64,000 nt of DNA from an uncultured Pseudomonadota bacterium. Its GTDB lineage: Bacteria; Chloroflexota; UBA5177; JAJPKF01. Below the pieces are notes generated by a model. The model did not search any database. It saw only the letters and a list, made by a program, of their open reading frames with translations, and was not told where the DNA came from. Each line of letters opens with the position of its first letter. Positions within the stretch are counted from its first letter, which is position 1. The position numbers were made by a program, and so were the translations under genes. This document shows positions 48,075-58,358 of this stretch, in pieces. The stretch is from contig CAWCYJ010000022.1 of NCBI GenBank assembly GCA_963799725.1, positions 25,508 through 89,507 on the forward strand, in the 5' to 3' direction.

Positions 48075-48253
48075 CCAATTCCTTCCTCCTATCCAGAAGG
48101 GGAGCCTTCGGTCGAAAGGCCGAAGCTCCCTGACTGTCTTTTCGAGTTCCAGAGTCAGAAGAGCGCATGACCGGCTCTCGGATGCCGGGAAATCTCTCGG
48201 CCAGGAGTTTGTCAGTTGGCACGGCAGCATTCCCTGGTTGAGGTGGCAACCCG

Positions 48254-48778
48254 CTAAGTGTGGCTGGGATTACGATCCGCGATCCGAAATCCTTCCCATT
48301 CGTCAACGTCAAGGACGCCCATCCGGCCAAGCATTCCGATGGTCCAATCAGTCTTCTGAGGTCCGAATGCCGGAAGGGCCATCAGTCTGACGGCGAGATC
48401 GTCAACTGACATGGATTCTCTCCAAATCTGACTGGAATCGCCTCCGTAGCTTTCAGTAATTGAGCCAGCCAAACGCGATGTCAAAGTGGCAAAGCGGTTG
48501 GGAAAGCGATGAAGTGCCGGTTTCGTTAAGAAAGCGTCCCGAACCCGATCTTCCTCGGTCGCGAGACGAGACATCTCAAGGTGGCCCAGTCGTCCTCGAA
48601 GGACGAACGGAATCGCGAAGGCCCTCTGGGTTTGATACTGGCTGTCGTACAGAACGCCGAGTAGCAGCGCATTGGGATCTTCGGCGAGAAAGGAGTTCAC
48701 CTCCGGGTCGTCTGTAATCGTTACCCCTCGGCCTTCACTTAGATGCGCTATCCATTCGAGACGTTCTAGCTTAGGCAT
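48254..48778 (-). CDS. Uncharacterised HhH-GPD-family (base-excision-repair-like) protein
   Basis: The pattern EDPNALLLGVLYDSQ...KPALHRFP...LPAFGPQK matches the short HhH-GPD family as I recall it. Confidence 0.6.
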   Translation of the reverse strand: MPKLERLEWIAHLSEGRGVTITDDPEVNSFLAEDPNALLLGVLYDSQYQTQRAFAIPFVLRGRLGHLEMSRLATEEDRVRDAFLTKPALHRFPNRFATLTSRLAGSITESYGGDSSQIWRESMSVDDLAVRLMALPAFGPQKTDWTIGMLGRMGVLDVDEWEGFRIADRNPSHT

Positions 48779-48925
48779 GCGACATTATCTCCAGTCCAGG
48801 CTGCCGCTTTCCATGAAGAGGCTTCTGCGATTTCTCTCCATCGAGTTGTAGCAGGTCGTCGACGTTTGCAGACTCTGAGCAGGTGAGCGTTTTAAGGTCC
48901 TCATGGGATACTTGGACATAGCAGT

Positions 48926-49453
48926 TTGAGCCGCTCCATCAAGCGGAGCGGAAAGGGACACATCTTGACATCTGAGAAAGCGATTTTTGCGGCCGGTTGC
49001 TTCTGGGGCGTGGAGGCGACGTTCCGAGAGCTGGATGGGGTGGAGAAGACACGCGTCGGATACATCGGGGGGGCATTCGAGAAGCCGACTTACAAGGACG
49101 TGTGCTCCGGGCGGACCGGTCATGCCGAGGCCGTTGAAGTCACGTTCGACCCCTCAAGAATTTCGTACGATCAACTTCTCGCGGCCTTCTGGGACGCTCA
49201 TGACCCTACCACCGTGAATAGACAGGGGCCGGATGTGGGAACCCAATACCGCTCCGCCATCTTCTACCTGTCGCCTTCCCAGAGATCCCAGGCGGAGGCG
49301 TCGAAAGAGGCCATGAGCGGGACGGGCCGCTGGAGCCGCCCGATCGTCACCGAGATCACGGAAGCAACGACGTTCTGGGAGGCAGAGGACTATCATCAGC
49401 AGTACCTGGAGAAGCGAGGCCTAGCAACCTGCCGGATACCCGTCGCGAACTGA
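48926..49453 (+). CDS. msrA: Peptide methionine (S)-sulfoxide reductase
   Basis: Active-site motif AAGCFWGVE, plus GHAEAV and DYHQQYL. The start is TTG 48926 or TTG 48965. Confidence 0.9.
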   Translation: MSRSIKRSGKGHILTSEKAIFAAGCFWGVEATFRELDGVEKTRVGYIGGAFEKPTYKDVCSGRTGHAEAVEVTFDPSRISYDQLLAAFWDAHDPTTVNRQGPDVGTQYRSAIFYLSPSQRSQAEASKEAMSGTGRWSRPIVTEITEATTFWEAEDYHQQYLEKRGLATCRIPVAN

Positions 49454-49639
49454 CGAACATGAGTCAGCTTTAAGGCCAGCCAAGGACGGAGGCTGCCCTG
49501 AATAGATCGGGACTACGGCCCTTCTGTCTCTGACCTGTAGTATTCGCCGGCTGAGGTTGTAAGGTTCCAAAGAAACACATGGACCATCGGGCTGCACACT
49601 GGTCGATCTGGACTCAGCTTGTACCATTTGCCATTGCTC

Positions 49640-50653
49640 TCAGGCGATCACAATCAAGCTGGGCATTGGATTAATCCAGTACTTTCCAGTTGCGGCATCA
49701 CCCGCAGGCATGCCGCCAAACACCTGCTTCCACCACATCACCGGATAATCGGTATGGCTCGTGAGATAAGGGTTCGGGAGGAAGAGCTTGATCCCTCTCC
49801 ACTTCACTCCATACCTTATCTGTGGGCCTAAGAGCGTGTGGTAAACGGACGCCTTCGTGGCCGGAGTTCCAAAGCCGTCCTCATCGATTAGTGGGTCGAC
49901 GTAGGGCACGTTACGCCGCAGTCGCCACCGCTGGGTAATCATCTGAGTCTGGAACTCGTGGACGATCAAGATCTTCTTATGGACGAGGTGAAGTCGCTTT
50001 ACGTAATGATCGAGGATCATCTGGGCTTGGTTGAGCTGCGACGCAGAGACGCTTCCGATGGGAATACCGGGCGTTGGATATCCGGGAACCAGATGAAACT
50101 CCGGATCAATCGCGACTTCGACGTTATCGTACTTAAGGTACCCCTGCCGAATCATGTGCATCACTTCGGCAGCGGGAGTTGAAGTGCCCAGCTGATCCTC
50201 GAGAATGACGAGCATGTGACGGCGCGCTGCCGGTTTTATGTAGTCCTTCACGATGTTCGTGCCCACCTGATCGAGGTACTCCAGGCAGTCACCCCCATAG
50301 GAACAGCCCATTGCCATACCGTAGATGAGGTCGACGGCCACAATTACCCTGCGGCCGTGGTTGTTGCGACGAATGCCCGCCTCGTACGGTTGGATCTGGC
50401 GCTGCATGGATGCAAAAGAGGTGTCGATGCCGAGTCGCCCCAAGACAGGAGCCACTCCGAAAGCCCGACCATAAATGCCGAGAATTGTGGTATTCGGTAG
50501 CCAGGAGGTGGGTACCGGCGCAAACGGGCGGTGAGGCCCATTCGATCGAATCGACAGAGTCGATGTGGGTGTCGGTGTCGAGCCAGGTTTCGCTGAGTGA
50601 CCCCCGCAGGCCGCGGTAACCACCAACATTCCCACGATAGCTGCCAGGGCCAT
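49640..50653 (-). CDS. Hypothetical lipoprotein
   Basis: Lipobox-like MLVVTAAC followed by a Ser/Thr/Pro linker. The roughly 300-aa domain is not recognised. The track ORF extends to 50713. Confidence 0.5.
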   Translation of the reverse strand: MALAAIVGMLVVTAACGGHSAKPGSTPTPTSTLSIRSNGPHRPFAPVPTSWLPNTTILGIYGRAFGVAPVLGRLGIDTSFASMQRQIQPYEAGIRRNNHGRRVIVAVDLIYGMAMGCSYGGDCLEYLDQVGTNIVKDYIKPAARRHMLVILEDQLGTSTPAAEVMHMIRQGYLKYDNVEVAIDPEFHLVPGYPTPGIPIGSVSASQLNQAQMILDHYVKRLHLVHKKILIVHEFQTQMITQRWRLRRNVPYVDPLIDEDGFGTPATKASVYHTLLGPQIRYGVKWRGIKLFLPNPYLTSHTDYPVMWWKQVFGGMPAGDAATGKYWINPMPSLIVIA

Positions 50654-50921
50654 CAAGTCATGCCAGCGGAAGTGCCATCCAGCGGCAGCGACTCGAGATC
50701 CTGTACAGTGCACGTTATTAATTTACATCTTGGGCTGGATGCCCCTCCGACGAGCCATCGTTTCAGGAGGGAATTGATGCATGTCGGAGTGCATTTGCCC
50801 CGACAACAGATGAGGGATTCACAAGCAAGACTGCCCAATTTGACGACACCTCATTGGTAGTATGAGTCGAGCGGGTCAGGGTTATTCAGCCCGAATTTTC
50901 GCCTCGTTCTGAGGGATCTTC

Positions 50922-52112
50922 ATGGAAGATGTGGTCATCACAGGCGCTGTACGGACGCCGTTCGGACGCCTGTTAGGCGCTCTAAAGGATGTCTCAGCCA
51001 TTGACCTCGGAGCCGTTGTGATCAAGGCGGCACTTGAGCGTTCAGGGATCGACGGCCGGGCCGTTGATCAGGTGATTATGGGAACAGTTGTGACGGCGGG
51101 GCAGGGGCAGGTGCCGGCACGGCAGGCCGCCATCCGCGCTGGACTGCCTGTCGAGGTTTCCGCGATGACCATAAATAAGGTCTGTGCCTCAGGCCTCAAG
51201 GCTGTTAATCTTGCGGCTCAAATGATCAAGGCCGGAGACGCTGAGATCGTCGTGGCTGGAGGGATGGAGAGTATGACCAATGCGCCATTCCTCTTACCTC
51301 AGGCCAGAGAGGGTTACCGCATGGGGGATGCGATCATGCTGGATGCCATGCTAAGGGATGGCCTGTCGTGCCCCATCGGTGCCGTTGCCATGCACGAGTA
51401 CGGAAGTGCCGGTGCCGCGGAATCCGAAATAAGCCGGGAGGCGCAAGACGAGTGGGCACTTCGAAGTCAGAGGCGATATCAGGAAGCGCTCGAAGCGGGA
51501 AAATTCGATGACGAGATCATCCCCGTGAGCGTCCCCCAACGTAAGGGGGAACCAGTAGTCGTCGACAAAGATGAGCAGCCCCGGCCTGACACGACAATGG
51601 AAGGGCTTGCCAGATTAAAGCCCCTTGGTCCAGGGGGAACTGTCACCGCCGGGAACGCCCCAGGCGTCAATGATGGTGCAGCGGCCATGGTTGTAATGAG
51701 CGCGAATAAGGCTCGGGAGTTGGGCGTCAAACCTTTAGGCCGGTTCATTGCCATGGGTGAAGGGAACGATCAGCCGGCCCGCATGGCTAGAGTACCTGCA
51801 TACGCTTTGAGCGACGCAATGCGGCGCTCGGGCATCAGATTGGAGGACATCCATCTCTTCGAGATCAACGAGGCGTTTGCAGCCGTTGCTTTGACAGTTA
51901 TGCAGCTACAGGGGATGGAGCCTGATGAGGTCAACGTCAATGGTGGCGCTGTGGCAATCGGCCATCCGATCGGAGCGTCCGGTGCTCGGATTCTTGGCAC
52001 CCTACTTTACGAGATGAGACGACGAGGTGTTGAGTATGGCGCTGCCTCAATCTGCAGTGGAACAGCTCAAGGCGAGGCCACCATTGTCCAGCTCCTGAAC
52101 GGTGCCACATAG
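50922..52112 (+). CDS. Acetyl-CoA C-acetyltransferase (thiolase II)
   Basis: Active-site cysteine [10 protein letters not shown], plus [18 protein letters not shown] and the C-terminal cysteine ICSG. Confidence 0.9.
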   Translation: MEDVVITGAVRTPFGRLLGALKDVSAIDLGAVVIKAALERSGIDGRAVDQVIMGTVVTAGQGQVPARQAAIRAGLPVEVSAMTINKVCASGLKAVNLAAQMIKAGDAEIVVAGGMESMTNAPFLLPQAREGYRMGDAIMLDAMLRDGLSCPIGAVAMHEYGSAGAAESEISREAQDEWALRSQRRYQEALEAGKFDDEIIPVSVPQRKGEPVVVDKDEQPRPDTTMEGLARLKPLGPGGTVTAGNAPGVNDGAAAMVVMSANKARELGVKPLGRFIAMGEGNDQPARMARVPAYALSDAMRRSGIRLEDIHLFEINEAFAAVALTVMQLQGMEPDEVNVNGGAVAIGHPIGASGARILGTLLYEMRRRGVEYGAASICSGTAQGEATIVQLLNGAT

Positions 52113-52223
52113 CTCTGTAGTCGGCGGTCGCGGCAGTTGACACGATTCGTCCTCAGGGTTTCTAGCTGAGGGCTCATATAGTTGAACGCTCACATAATGA
52201 GTCAGATTGACAAAGGAGCCGGA

Positions 52224-53372
52224 ATGGACTGGTCGCTCGACGAGGAGCAGGAGAGCGTCCTTGAGATGGTGCGCGACTTCGCCGAACGAGAAGTCAAACC
52301 GCGTGCCCACGACATAGACGAGAAGGCTGAGTATCCAGCAGATCTTGTCCAAAAGATGGCGGACCTTGGGCTCATGGGAATACCATTTCCGGTTGAGTAC
52401 GGCGGCGCCGGTTTGAGCTATGTGACCTTTGCTCTTGTTGTGCAGGAGCTCTGTAAAGCCTGCGCCTCGACGGGCCTAATTATGGATGTGAACATCTCCC
52501 TTTTCGGGGAGCCGGTGTGGCTATTCGGTACAGAAGAACAGAAAAAGAAGTACCTATCGGCGATTTCTAGCGGGGAGAAATTGGGTGCTCTGGCCATGAC
52601 TGAGCCAGAGGCAGGGTCCGATGCCGCATCGATAACGACCACCGCGACAAGGGATGGAGACGGCTATAGGCTCCGGGGGAGGAAGATTTTCATCACCAAC
52701 GGAGAGAAGGCGGACTATTATGTTGTTACCGCCAAGACGGATCGGTCGGCCGGCTCGCGCGGGATTACAGATTTCATCGTCGAAAAGGACTGGCCAGGCG
52801 TCTCTTTTACCACCCACTACGAGAAGCTCGGGATCAGGGGCTCAACAACCACGGATATCGTCTTTGACGACGTTTCGGTACCCATCGATAACCGTCTCGG
52901 CGATGAGGGTATGGGATTTAAGATCACCATGGATACGCTCGACGCCGGGCGAATCGGCATTGCGGCCCAGGCCATTGGCATCGCCAGAGCTGCACTTGAG
53001 GAATCGGCTGCATACGTGAAGGAGCGGAAGCAATTCGGCCGCCCAGTGGGCGAGTTCCAAGCCGTTCAATTCCTGCTAGCTGATATGGCGACAGACATTG
53101 AAGCGGCACAGGGTCTCATGCTTCAGGCTGCCCATCTTCGTGAGCAAGGCGTTTCGTGTGCCAGAGAGTCGGCGATGGCCAAGCTCTTTGCCGGCGACAT
53201 GGCGATGAGGGTGAGCGACAACGCGGTACAGCTATTGGGAGGCTATGGGTACATGCGTGAGTATCCGGTGGAGCGCCACATGAGAGACGCCAAGATCACA
53301 CAGATCTACGAGGGAACGCAACAAATCCAACGCCTTGTCATCGCGCGTTCCGCACTCTCCGGACAAGCATAG
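52224..53372 (+). CDS. Acyl-CoA dehydrogenase
   Basis: N-terminus MDWSLDEEQ after AAGGAG. Motifs MTEPEAGSD and YEGTQQIQ. Confidence 0.9.
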   Translation: MDWSLDEEQESVLEMVRDFAEREVKPRAHDIDEKAEYPADLVQKMADLGLMGIPFPVEYGGAGLSYVTFALVVQELCKACASTGLIMDVNISLFGEPVWLFGTEEQKKKYLSAISSGEKLGALAMTEPEAGSDAASITTTATRDGDGYRLRGRKIFITNGEKADYYVVTAKTDRSAGSRGITDFIVEKDWPGVSFTTHYEKLGIRGSTTTDIVFDDVSVPIDNRLGDEGMGFKITMDTLDAGRIGIAAQAIGIARAALEESAAYVKERKQFGRPVGEFQAVQFLLADMATDIEAAQGLMLQAAHLREQGVSCARESAMAKLFAGDMAMRVSDNAVQLLGGYGYMREYPVERHMRDAKITQIYEGTQQIQRLVIARSALSGQA

Positions 53373-53374
53373 TC

Positions 53375-54514
53375 ATGGAGCTATCCGAAGAGCAACAAAT
53401 GATCCGCGACGCTGTGCGGGAGTTTGCCCGGAATGAGGTCGCTCCTCGAGCTGAGGAGATTGACCGTACGGACGAGTTTCCGGCCGATCTCGTGAGGAAG
53501 GCAGCAGAGCTGGACTTTCTGGGCATCGTCATTCCTGAAGAGTATGGCGGAACCGGGCTCGACCACGGCTGCTTCGCGCTCTTTATCGAGGAGATTGCGG
53601 CTCAATCAGGCTCGCTCGCAGTGATTCTCGACGTTCACACATCCGTCGGAAGCGAGCCCATTCTTTTCGCAGGAACTGAGGAACAGAAGCGCCGGCTGCT
53701 TCCAGATATGGCGGCAGGCAAGTCTTTGGGAGCGTTTGCACTGACGGAGCCGAATTCTGGGTCAGATGCTGGCTCTCTGAAGACCGCTGCCCGCAAGGAC
53801 GGGAGTGGCTGGCGGCTATCGGGAACAAAAACGTTCATCACCAATATGGGCATCGCCGATATCTACATCGTTCTTGCACGAACGAACATGCAAGAGCCTG
53901 GAGCCCGAGGTATTTCGGCATTCATCGTCGAAAAGGGAATGGACGGACTCGAGTTCGGCCGCCCAATGGAAAAAATGGGTCTCCACGGATCTCCCACCGG
54001 TGAGGTGATTCTGAACGACGTGTACGTCCCGGAGGAAAATCTATTGGGCCAGCTAGGGGAAGGCTTCAAAATCGCCATGCGGGCCCTCGACTCCGGGCGG
54101 ATCGGCATCAGCGCTCAGGCGGTTGGCTTAGCAAGGGGTGCGATGCAGATTGCCACAGACTATGTCAAGGAGCGGAGGCAGTTCGGGAAGGCGATTTCCG
54201 AGCAGGAGGCAATTCAATTCATCATTGCGGACCGCTTCACAGAGATCGAGGCCGCCCATGTTCTGACACTGCGGGCGGCGTCGCAGTGCGACCGCGGTCT
54301 CCCTTTCACGAAGCTTGCTTCAATGGCCAAATTGTTTTCGACCGACATGGCGATGCGGGCTGCAATTGACGCAGTTCAATTACTCGGTGGCTACGGCTAC
54401 ATCAAGGAGTTTCCGGTAGAGCGTTACTTCCGGGATGCGAAAGCCACCCAAATCTATGAGGGAACGAATCAGATCCAACGAATCCTGATTGGACGTGGCG
54501 TTCTTGCTGGCTGA
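53375..54514 (+). CDS. Acyl-CoA dehydrogenase
   Basis: N-terminus MELSEEQQ. Motifs LTEPNSGSD and YEGTNQIQ. Confidence 0.9.
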   Translation: MELSEEQQMIRDAVREFARNEVAPRAEEIDRTDEFPADLVRKAAELDFLGIVIPEEYGGTGLDHGCFALFIEEIAAQSGSLAVILDVHTSVGSEPILFAGTEEQKRRLLPDMAAGKSLGAFALTEPNSGSDAGSLKTAARKDGSGWRLSGTKTFITNMGIADIYIVLARTNMQEPGARGISAFIVEKGMDGLEFGRPMEKMGLHGSPTGEVILNDVYVPEENLLGQLGEGFKIAMRALDSGRIGISAQAVGLARGAMQIATDYVKERRQFGKAISEQEAIQFIIADRFTEIEAAHVLTLRAASQCDRGLPFTKLASMAKLFSTDMAMRAAIDAVQLLGGYGYIKEFPVERYFRDAKATQIYEGTNQIQRILIGRGVLAG

Positions 54515-55550
54515 TACGGCACTCAAACGTAATGACACCCCAAAAGACAACCGTCAGGCTGCTTGGTCAGATCCAGACGAGCTTTCCTCGAACATCCTTC
54601 GCGGGAGCTATCGGGCCGCGGCTAGAGCCATTTCGATGATAGAGGACGGTAACTCCCAATCTGATTCGATCGTCAAGGCAATCTACCCACATACGGGTCA
54701 TGCCTATACGGTTGGCTTTACAGGTCCACCCGGCGCTGGAAAGAGCTCCCTCGTCGACGATCTCATTCAGCTTGTACGAAAACGGAGTAAGAAGGTGGGT
54801 GTCATCGCTGTTGACCCGAATAGTCCCTTTTCTGGAGGCGCAATTTTGGGCGACAGGATTCGGATGATGCGCCATACGGTTGACCCAGATGTTTTCATCC
54901 GATCAATGGGAACCCGCGGACACCTGGGAGGCCTCGCACTAGCCGCCTCGCGTGCAGCCCATGTTTTCGATGCTCTGGGCATGGACTACATCTTCCTGGA
55001 AACCGTGGGAGTTGGGCAGTCCGAGCTAGAGGTGGCCCACACGGCAGACACGACAGTTGTCGTCTTGATGCCTGGCTTAGGGGATTCCGTTCAGACAATC
55101 AAGGCCGGCATCATGGAGATTGCAGACATATTTGTCGTCAATAAAGCGGATCACCCTGCGGTGCAGAAGACAGTGGCAGACCTGAGGGAGTTGATGCGAC
55201 TTGATACTCGAACCAGAAGCTGGACGCCACCGGTGATAAAGACGGTTGCCACCAGGGAGGACGGAACAGAGGAGCTCTGGGCTGCCATTGAAAAACACAG
55301 GGAGTTTTTAGAAGAGAGCGGCGAAAAGGTGTCTCGACGGCGGAGCAGATTGGAAGGGCAAATTGTGGAGATAGCTGCGCGCCAGCTGCGCGACGAGGTT
55401 CTTGGCCCTTCCAGCGAGAGCCAGGCATTCCAAAAGACCCTCGGGAGAGTTGTAGATCGCGAAATAGACCCCTTTAGCGCTGCATCCCTATTGGTTCAGC
55501 AGGGAGTTGCGGCCGCTGGGAATGAAATGATCGATAAGGGAACAGTATGA
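54489..55550 (+). CDS. meaB: Methylmalonyl-CoA mutase-associated GTPase (ArgK/MeaB)
   Basis: P-loop GPPGAGKSS, plus the ETVGVGQSE and NKAD motifs. The start is uncertain and overlaps the end of the upstream ACAD gene. Confidence 0.85.
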   Translation: MDVAFLLADTALKRNDTPKDNRQAAWSDPDELSSNILRGSYRAAARAISMIEDGNSQSDSIVKAIYPHTGHAYTVGFTGPPGAGKSSLVDDLIQLVRKRSKKVGVIAVDPNSPFSGGAILGDRIRMMRHTVDPDVFIRSMGTRGHLGGLALAASRAAHVFDALGMDYIFLETVGVGQSELEVAHTADTTVVVLMPGLGDSVQTIKAGIMEIADIFVVNKADHPAVQKTVADLRELMRLDTRTRSWTPPVIKTVATREDGTEELWAAIEKHREFLEESGEKVSRRRSRLEGQIVEIAARQLRDEVLGPSSESQAFQKTLGRVVDREIDPFSAASLLVQQGVAAAGNEMIDKGTV

Positions 55551-57202
55551 CGATCAAGGATGAGAGCCAAATCGTCGGGAGCTACGACGACTGGCGGAAG
55601 CAGTACGGCAAGGAACGAGAAGCGTCCTTCTCGACGATCTCTGACCAAGAGATAGCACCCATCTATTCGCCGGTTGACCGAGAAAATGAGGACTTCTCCG
55701 CCGATATTGGATTCCCGGGATCGTTTCCATACACCCGCGGTATCTACCAAAACATGTATCGAGGTCGACTCTGGACAATGCGCCAGTTTGCCGGCTTCGG
55801 GTCAGCGAAGGAAACGAATCAGCGGTTCCAATATCTCCTGGCCCATGGTGGGACCGGGCTCTCCGTCGCCTTCGATAACCCAACGCTTATGGCCATCGAT
55901 TCGGACGACCCCAGATCACTTGGAGAGGTCGGCCGCACGGGGGTAGCGATTGACAGCCTGGAAGACATGGAGACCCTCTTTCAAGGCATCCCGCTAGATC
56001 TAGTCAGCACCTCTATGACGATCAATGCCCCCGCAAACGTGCTGTTTGCCATGTATATCGCGGTAGGCGAGAAGCAAGGTGTTTCCGTAGAGAAGCTTAG
56101 CGGTACGAATCAGAACGACATTTTGAAAGAGTACATCGCACAGAAGGAGTGGGTTTATCCTCCTGAGCCCTCCGTTGATCTCGTGGTCGACAGTATCGAA
56201 TATGCTACAGCACATGTTCCGCGGTGGAACCCGGTGAGCATCAGTGGGTACCACATCCGTGAAGCAGGATCGACGGCCGCTCAAGAGCTTGCCTTTACGA
56301 TTGCGGACGGCATGACGTACGTAGAAAAATCGATCGCACGTGGTCTCAATGTCGATAGCTTCGCCCCCCGCCTATCATTCTTCTGGAATTCTCACATCGA
56401 TTTCTTCGAGGAGGTGGCGAAGTTCAGGGCGGCCAGACGAATCTGGGCGAGGCTCATGCGGTACAAGTATGAAGCCCAAAACCCTCGCTCATGGCTTATG
56501 CGATTCCACACGCAGACTGCGGGTGTTTCGCTTACGCTCCAGCAGCCCGAGAACAATATAGTACGGACAGCTCTGGAGGCCCTGGCTGCCGTACTGGGTG
56601 GTACCCAGTCTCTGCACACCAATTCGATGGACGAAGTGTACGCCCTTCCAACAGAGAAGGCGGTTCAGATCGCCCTCAAAACCCAGCAGATCATTGCCCA
56701 CGAAACTGGAGCCGTGAACACTGTAGATCCGCTTGGAGGATCCTACTTTGTCGAGACTCTAACCGACCGGATGGAAGAAGCTGCCCTCGAGTACTTCGCC
56801 CGCATCGAGGCAATGGGCGGGGTGATCTCAGCGATAGAGCAAGGGTTCTTTCAAAAGGAGATCGGTGATGCGGCCTTCCGTTACCAACAGCAGCTTGACC
56901 GAGGAGAAAAAGTCATCGTAGGAGTGAACGACTTCGTCATACCGGAGACCGATCCAATTCCAATCCTCAAGATCGATCCCGAAATCGAACGAGCTCAAGT
57001 TGGAAGATTGAGGGCTCTCAAGGAGTCACGGGACAATGATCTGGTAAGGCGAAGGCTCGAGTATCTTGCGGAAGGTGTCAGCCGGCATGAGAACTCGATG
57101 CCCTTTATCCTTGAGGCTGTCCGTGCTTATGCGACCGTCGGGGAAATCACGGATGCCATAAAGGCCGTGCACGGAACATGGCGAGAGCCTGCATTTGTTT
57201 AG
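55547..57202 (+). CDS. Methylmalonyl-CoA mutase family, large (substrate-binding TIM-barrel) subunit
   Basis: Motifs FPYTRGIY, RLWTMRQFAGFG, FHTQTAG and TNSMDE. ATGA-coupled to meaB. The acyl-CoA substrate is not assignable by eye. Confidence 0.9.
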   Translation: MTIKDESQIVGSYDDWRKQYGKEREASFSTISDQEIAPIYSPVDRENEDFSADIGFPGSFPYTRGIYQNMYRGRLWTMRQFAGFGSAKETNQRFQYLLAHGGTGLSVAFDNPTLMAIDSDDPRSLGEVGRTGVAIDSLEDMETLFQGIPLDLVSTSMTINAPANVLFAMYIAVGEKQGVSVEKLSGTNQNDILKEYIAQKEWVYPPEPSVDLVVDSIEYATAHVPRWNPVSISGYHIREAGSTAAQELAFTIADGMTYVEKSIARGLNVDSFAPRLSFFWNSHIDFFEEVAKFRAARRIWARLMRYKYEAQNPRSWLMRFHTQTAGVSLTLQQPENNIVRTALEALAAVLGGTQSLHTNSMDEVYALPTEKAVQIALKTQQIIAHETGAVNTVDPLGGSYFVETLTDRMEEAALEYFARIEAMGGVISAIEQGFFQKEIGDAAFRYQQQLDRGEKVIVGVNDFVIPETDPIPILKIDPEIERAQVGRLRALKESRDNDLVRRRLEYLAEGVSRHENSMPFILEAVRAYATVGEITDAIKAVHGTWREPAFV

Positions 57203-57256
57203 TAGACAGGTTCGAGATGCTAGCTTTTATCTGCTTGAGGTGAGGAGGTAGCTTCG

Positions 57257-57667
57257 ATGGCCGACACGCGGGTCCGGATACTAATGGCGAAAGCCGGATT
57301 GGACGGCCATGACCGAGGCGTCAAAGTAGTCGCTCGAGCACTCAGGGACGCGGGTGTTGAGGTGATCTATACAGGTCTTCACCAGACACCTGAGCAGGTG
57401 GTCACTGCCGCGATCCAAGAGGATGTCGATGGCATCGGGCTGAGTCTTCTATCCGGGGCCCACATGACCTTGTTCCCGCGGATTGTGCAGCTATTGCGTG
57501 ACCAAGGTGCAGGTGACATCGTAGTGTTTGGCGGCGGAACGATTCCCGAGGATGATGTGGAGACACTCAAGGCTCAGGGTGTTGAGGCGTTGTTCACTCC
57601 AGGCACATCAACAGAAACTATCATCAACTGGGTGACGGAGCGCTTCGGCCTTAAAACCGCGCAATAG
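57257..57667 (+). CDS. Methylmalonyl-CoA mutase family, small cobalamin-binding subunit
   Basis: B12-binding motif [12 protein letters not shown] (DxHxxG), plus GGGTIP. Confidence 0.9.
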   Translation: MADTRVRILMAKAGLDGHDRGVKVVARALRDAGVEVIYTGLHQTPEQVVTAAIQEDVDGIGLSLLSGAHMTLFPRIVQLLRDQGAGDIVVFGGGTIPEDDVETLKAQGVEALFTPGTSTETIINWVTERFGLKTAQ

Positions 57668-57855
57668 CTTTTGAGTCGATGATGAGTCCCGATTTAAGTC
57701 AGTACCCCCCAAAGACGGTTGCGCCGGCTAGACCCATATAAGGCATTCTGCCGCAGCGAGGCCCAAATGTCTGGCTACCTCCCGTAGGAAGCGGATTTCT
57801 TCTAGCCTGCTGCTCGACTCATCTGGCTTTACCCGCAATTCGGGCTTTGCGTCCC

Positions 57856-58158
57856 CTACCAGCTGCTTCGAGCCTCTGGTTGGTAGCACTCGGAGCAGTA
57901 CACCGGCCTATCCTGTCTGGGAACAAATGGGACCTGGGCCTCCTTGCCGCAGCTTGAGCATGTCGTCGTGAAAAGCTGTCGGGCGCCACGGGAATTGGAA
58001 TTTCCCCCAGCCGCTTTCCGTTGATCCCGGCACGGCGAGCACCGTTTGGGGTTCTGGAACCCCCGCGACTCGTAGAACTCCTGCTCTGACGCTGTGAACA
58101 CGAAGTTCTGCCCACACTCCACACAAGTTAGATCTGCATCCTGATAGGCCATTTCCAC
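57856..58158 (-). CDS. Zinc-ribbon protein with a CxxC-x17-CxxC domain
   Basis: The N-terminal cysteine pair is CVEC...CSPC. The C-terminal sequence CSSCGKEAQVPFVPRQDRPVYCSEC has exactly 17 residues between the CxxC pairs. Confidence 0.7.
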   Translation of the reverse strand: MEMAYQDADLTCVECGQNFVFTASEQEFYESRGFQNPKRCSPCRDQRKAAGGNSNSRGARQLFTTTCSSCGKEAQVPFVPRQDRPVYCSECYQPEARSSW

Positions 58159-58358
58159 CCTCGATTGCTATTGAGCCTCCGGGACCAAGGCTGTGGAGAC
58201 CTACCGGGCACCCGACGACCTTCCTTACGCTTTTGGCGCCAGCGCTTGTCAACCAGACTCTGGCGAAAGTATACCGGAATGAACCTGAAAGATAGATGAC
58301 AGGGATCCGGGGGGACGATCACCCTTGGACGTGGGAGTCGTTGACGCCAAGCAGGCGG

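Noticed and set aside
48926-49453. Possible selenoprotein form of MsrA, given selC and selA in the window.
   Set aside because: The active site is encoded as Cys (GCFWG) with no in-frame TGA. I also saw no same-frame ORF pairs separated by a single TGA elsewhere in the window. That said, I cannot exclude small selenoproteins by eye.
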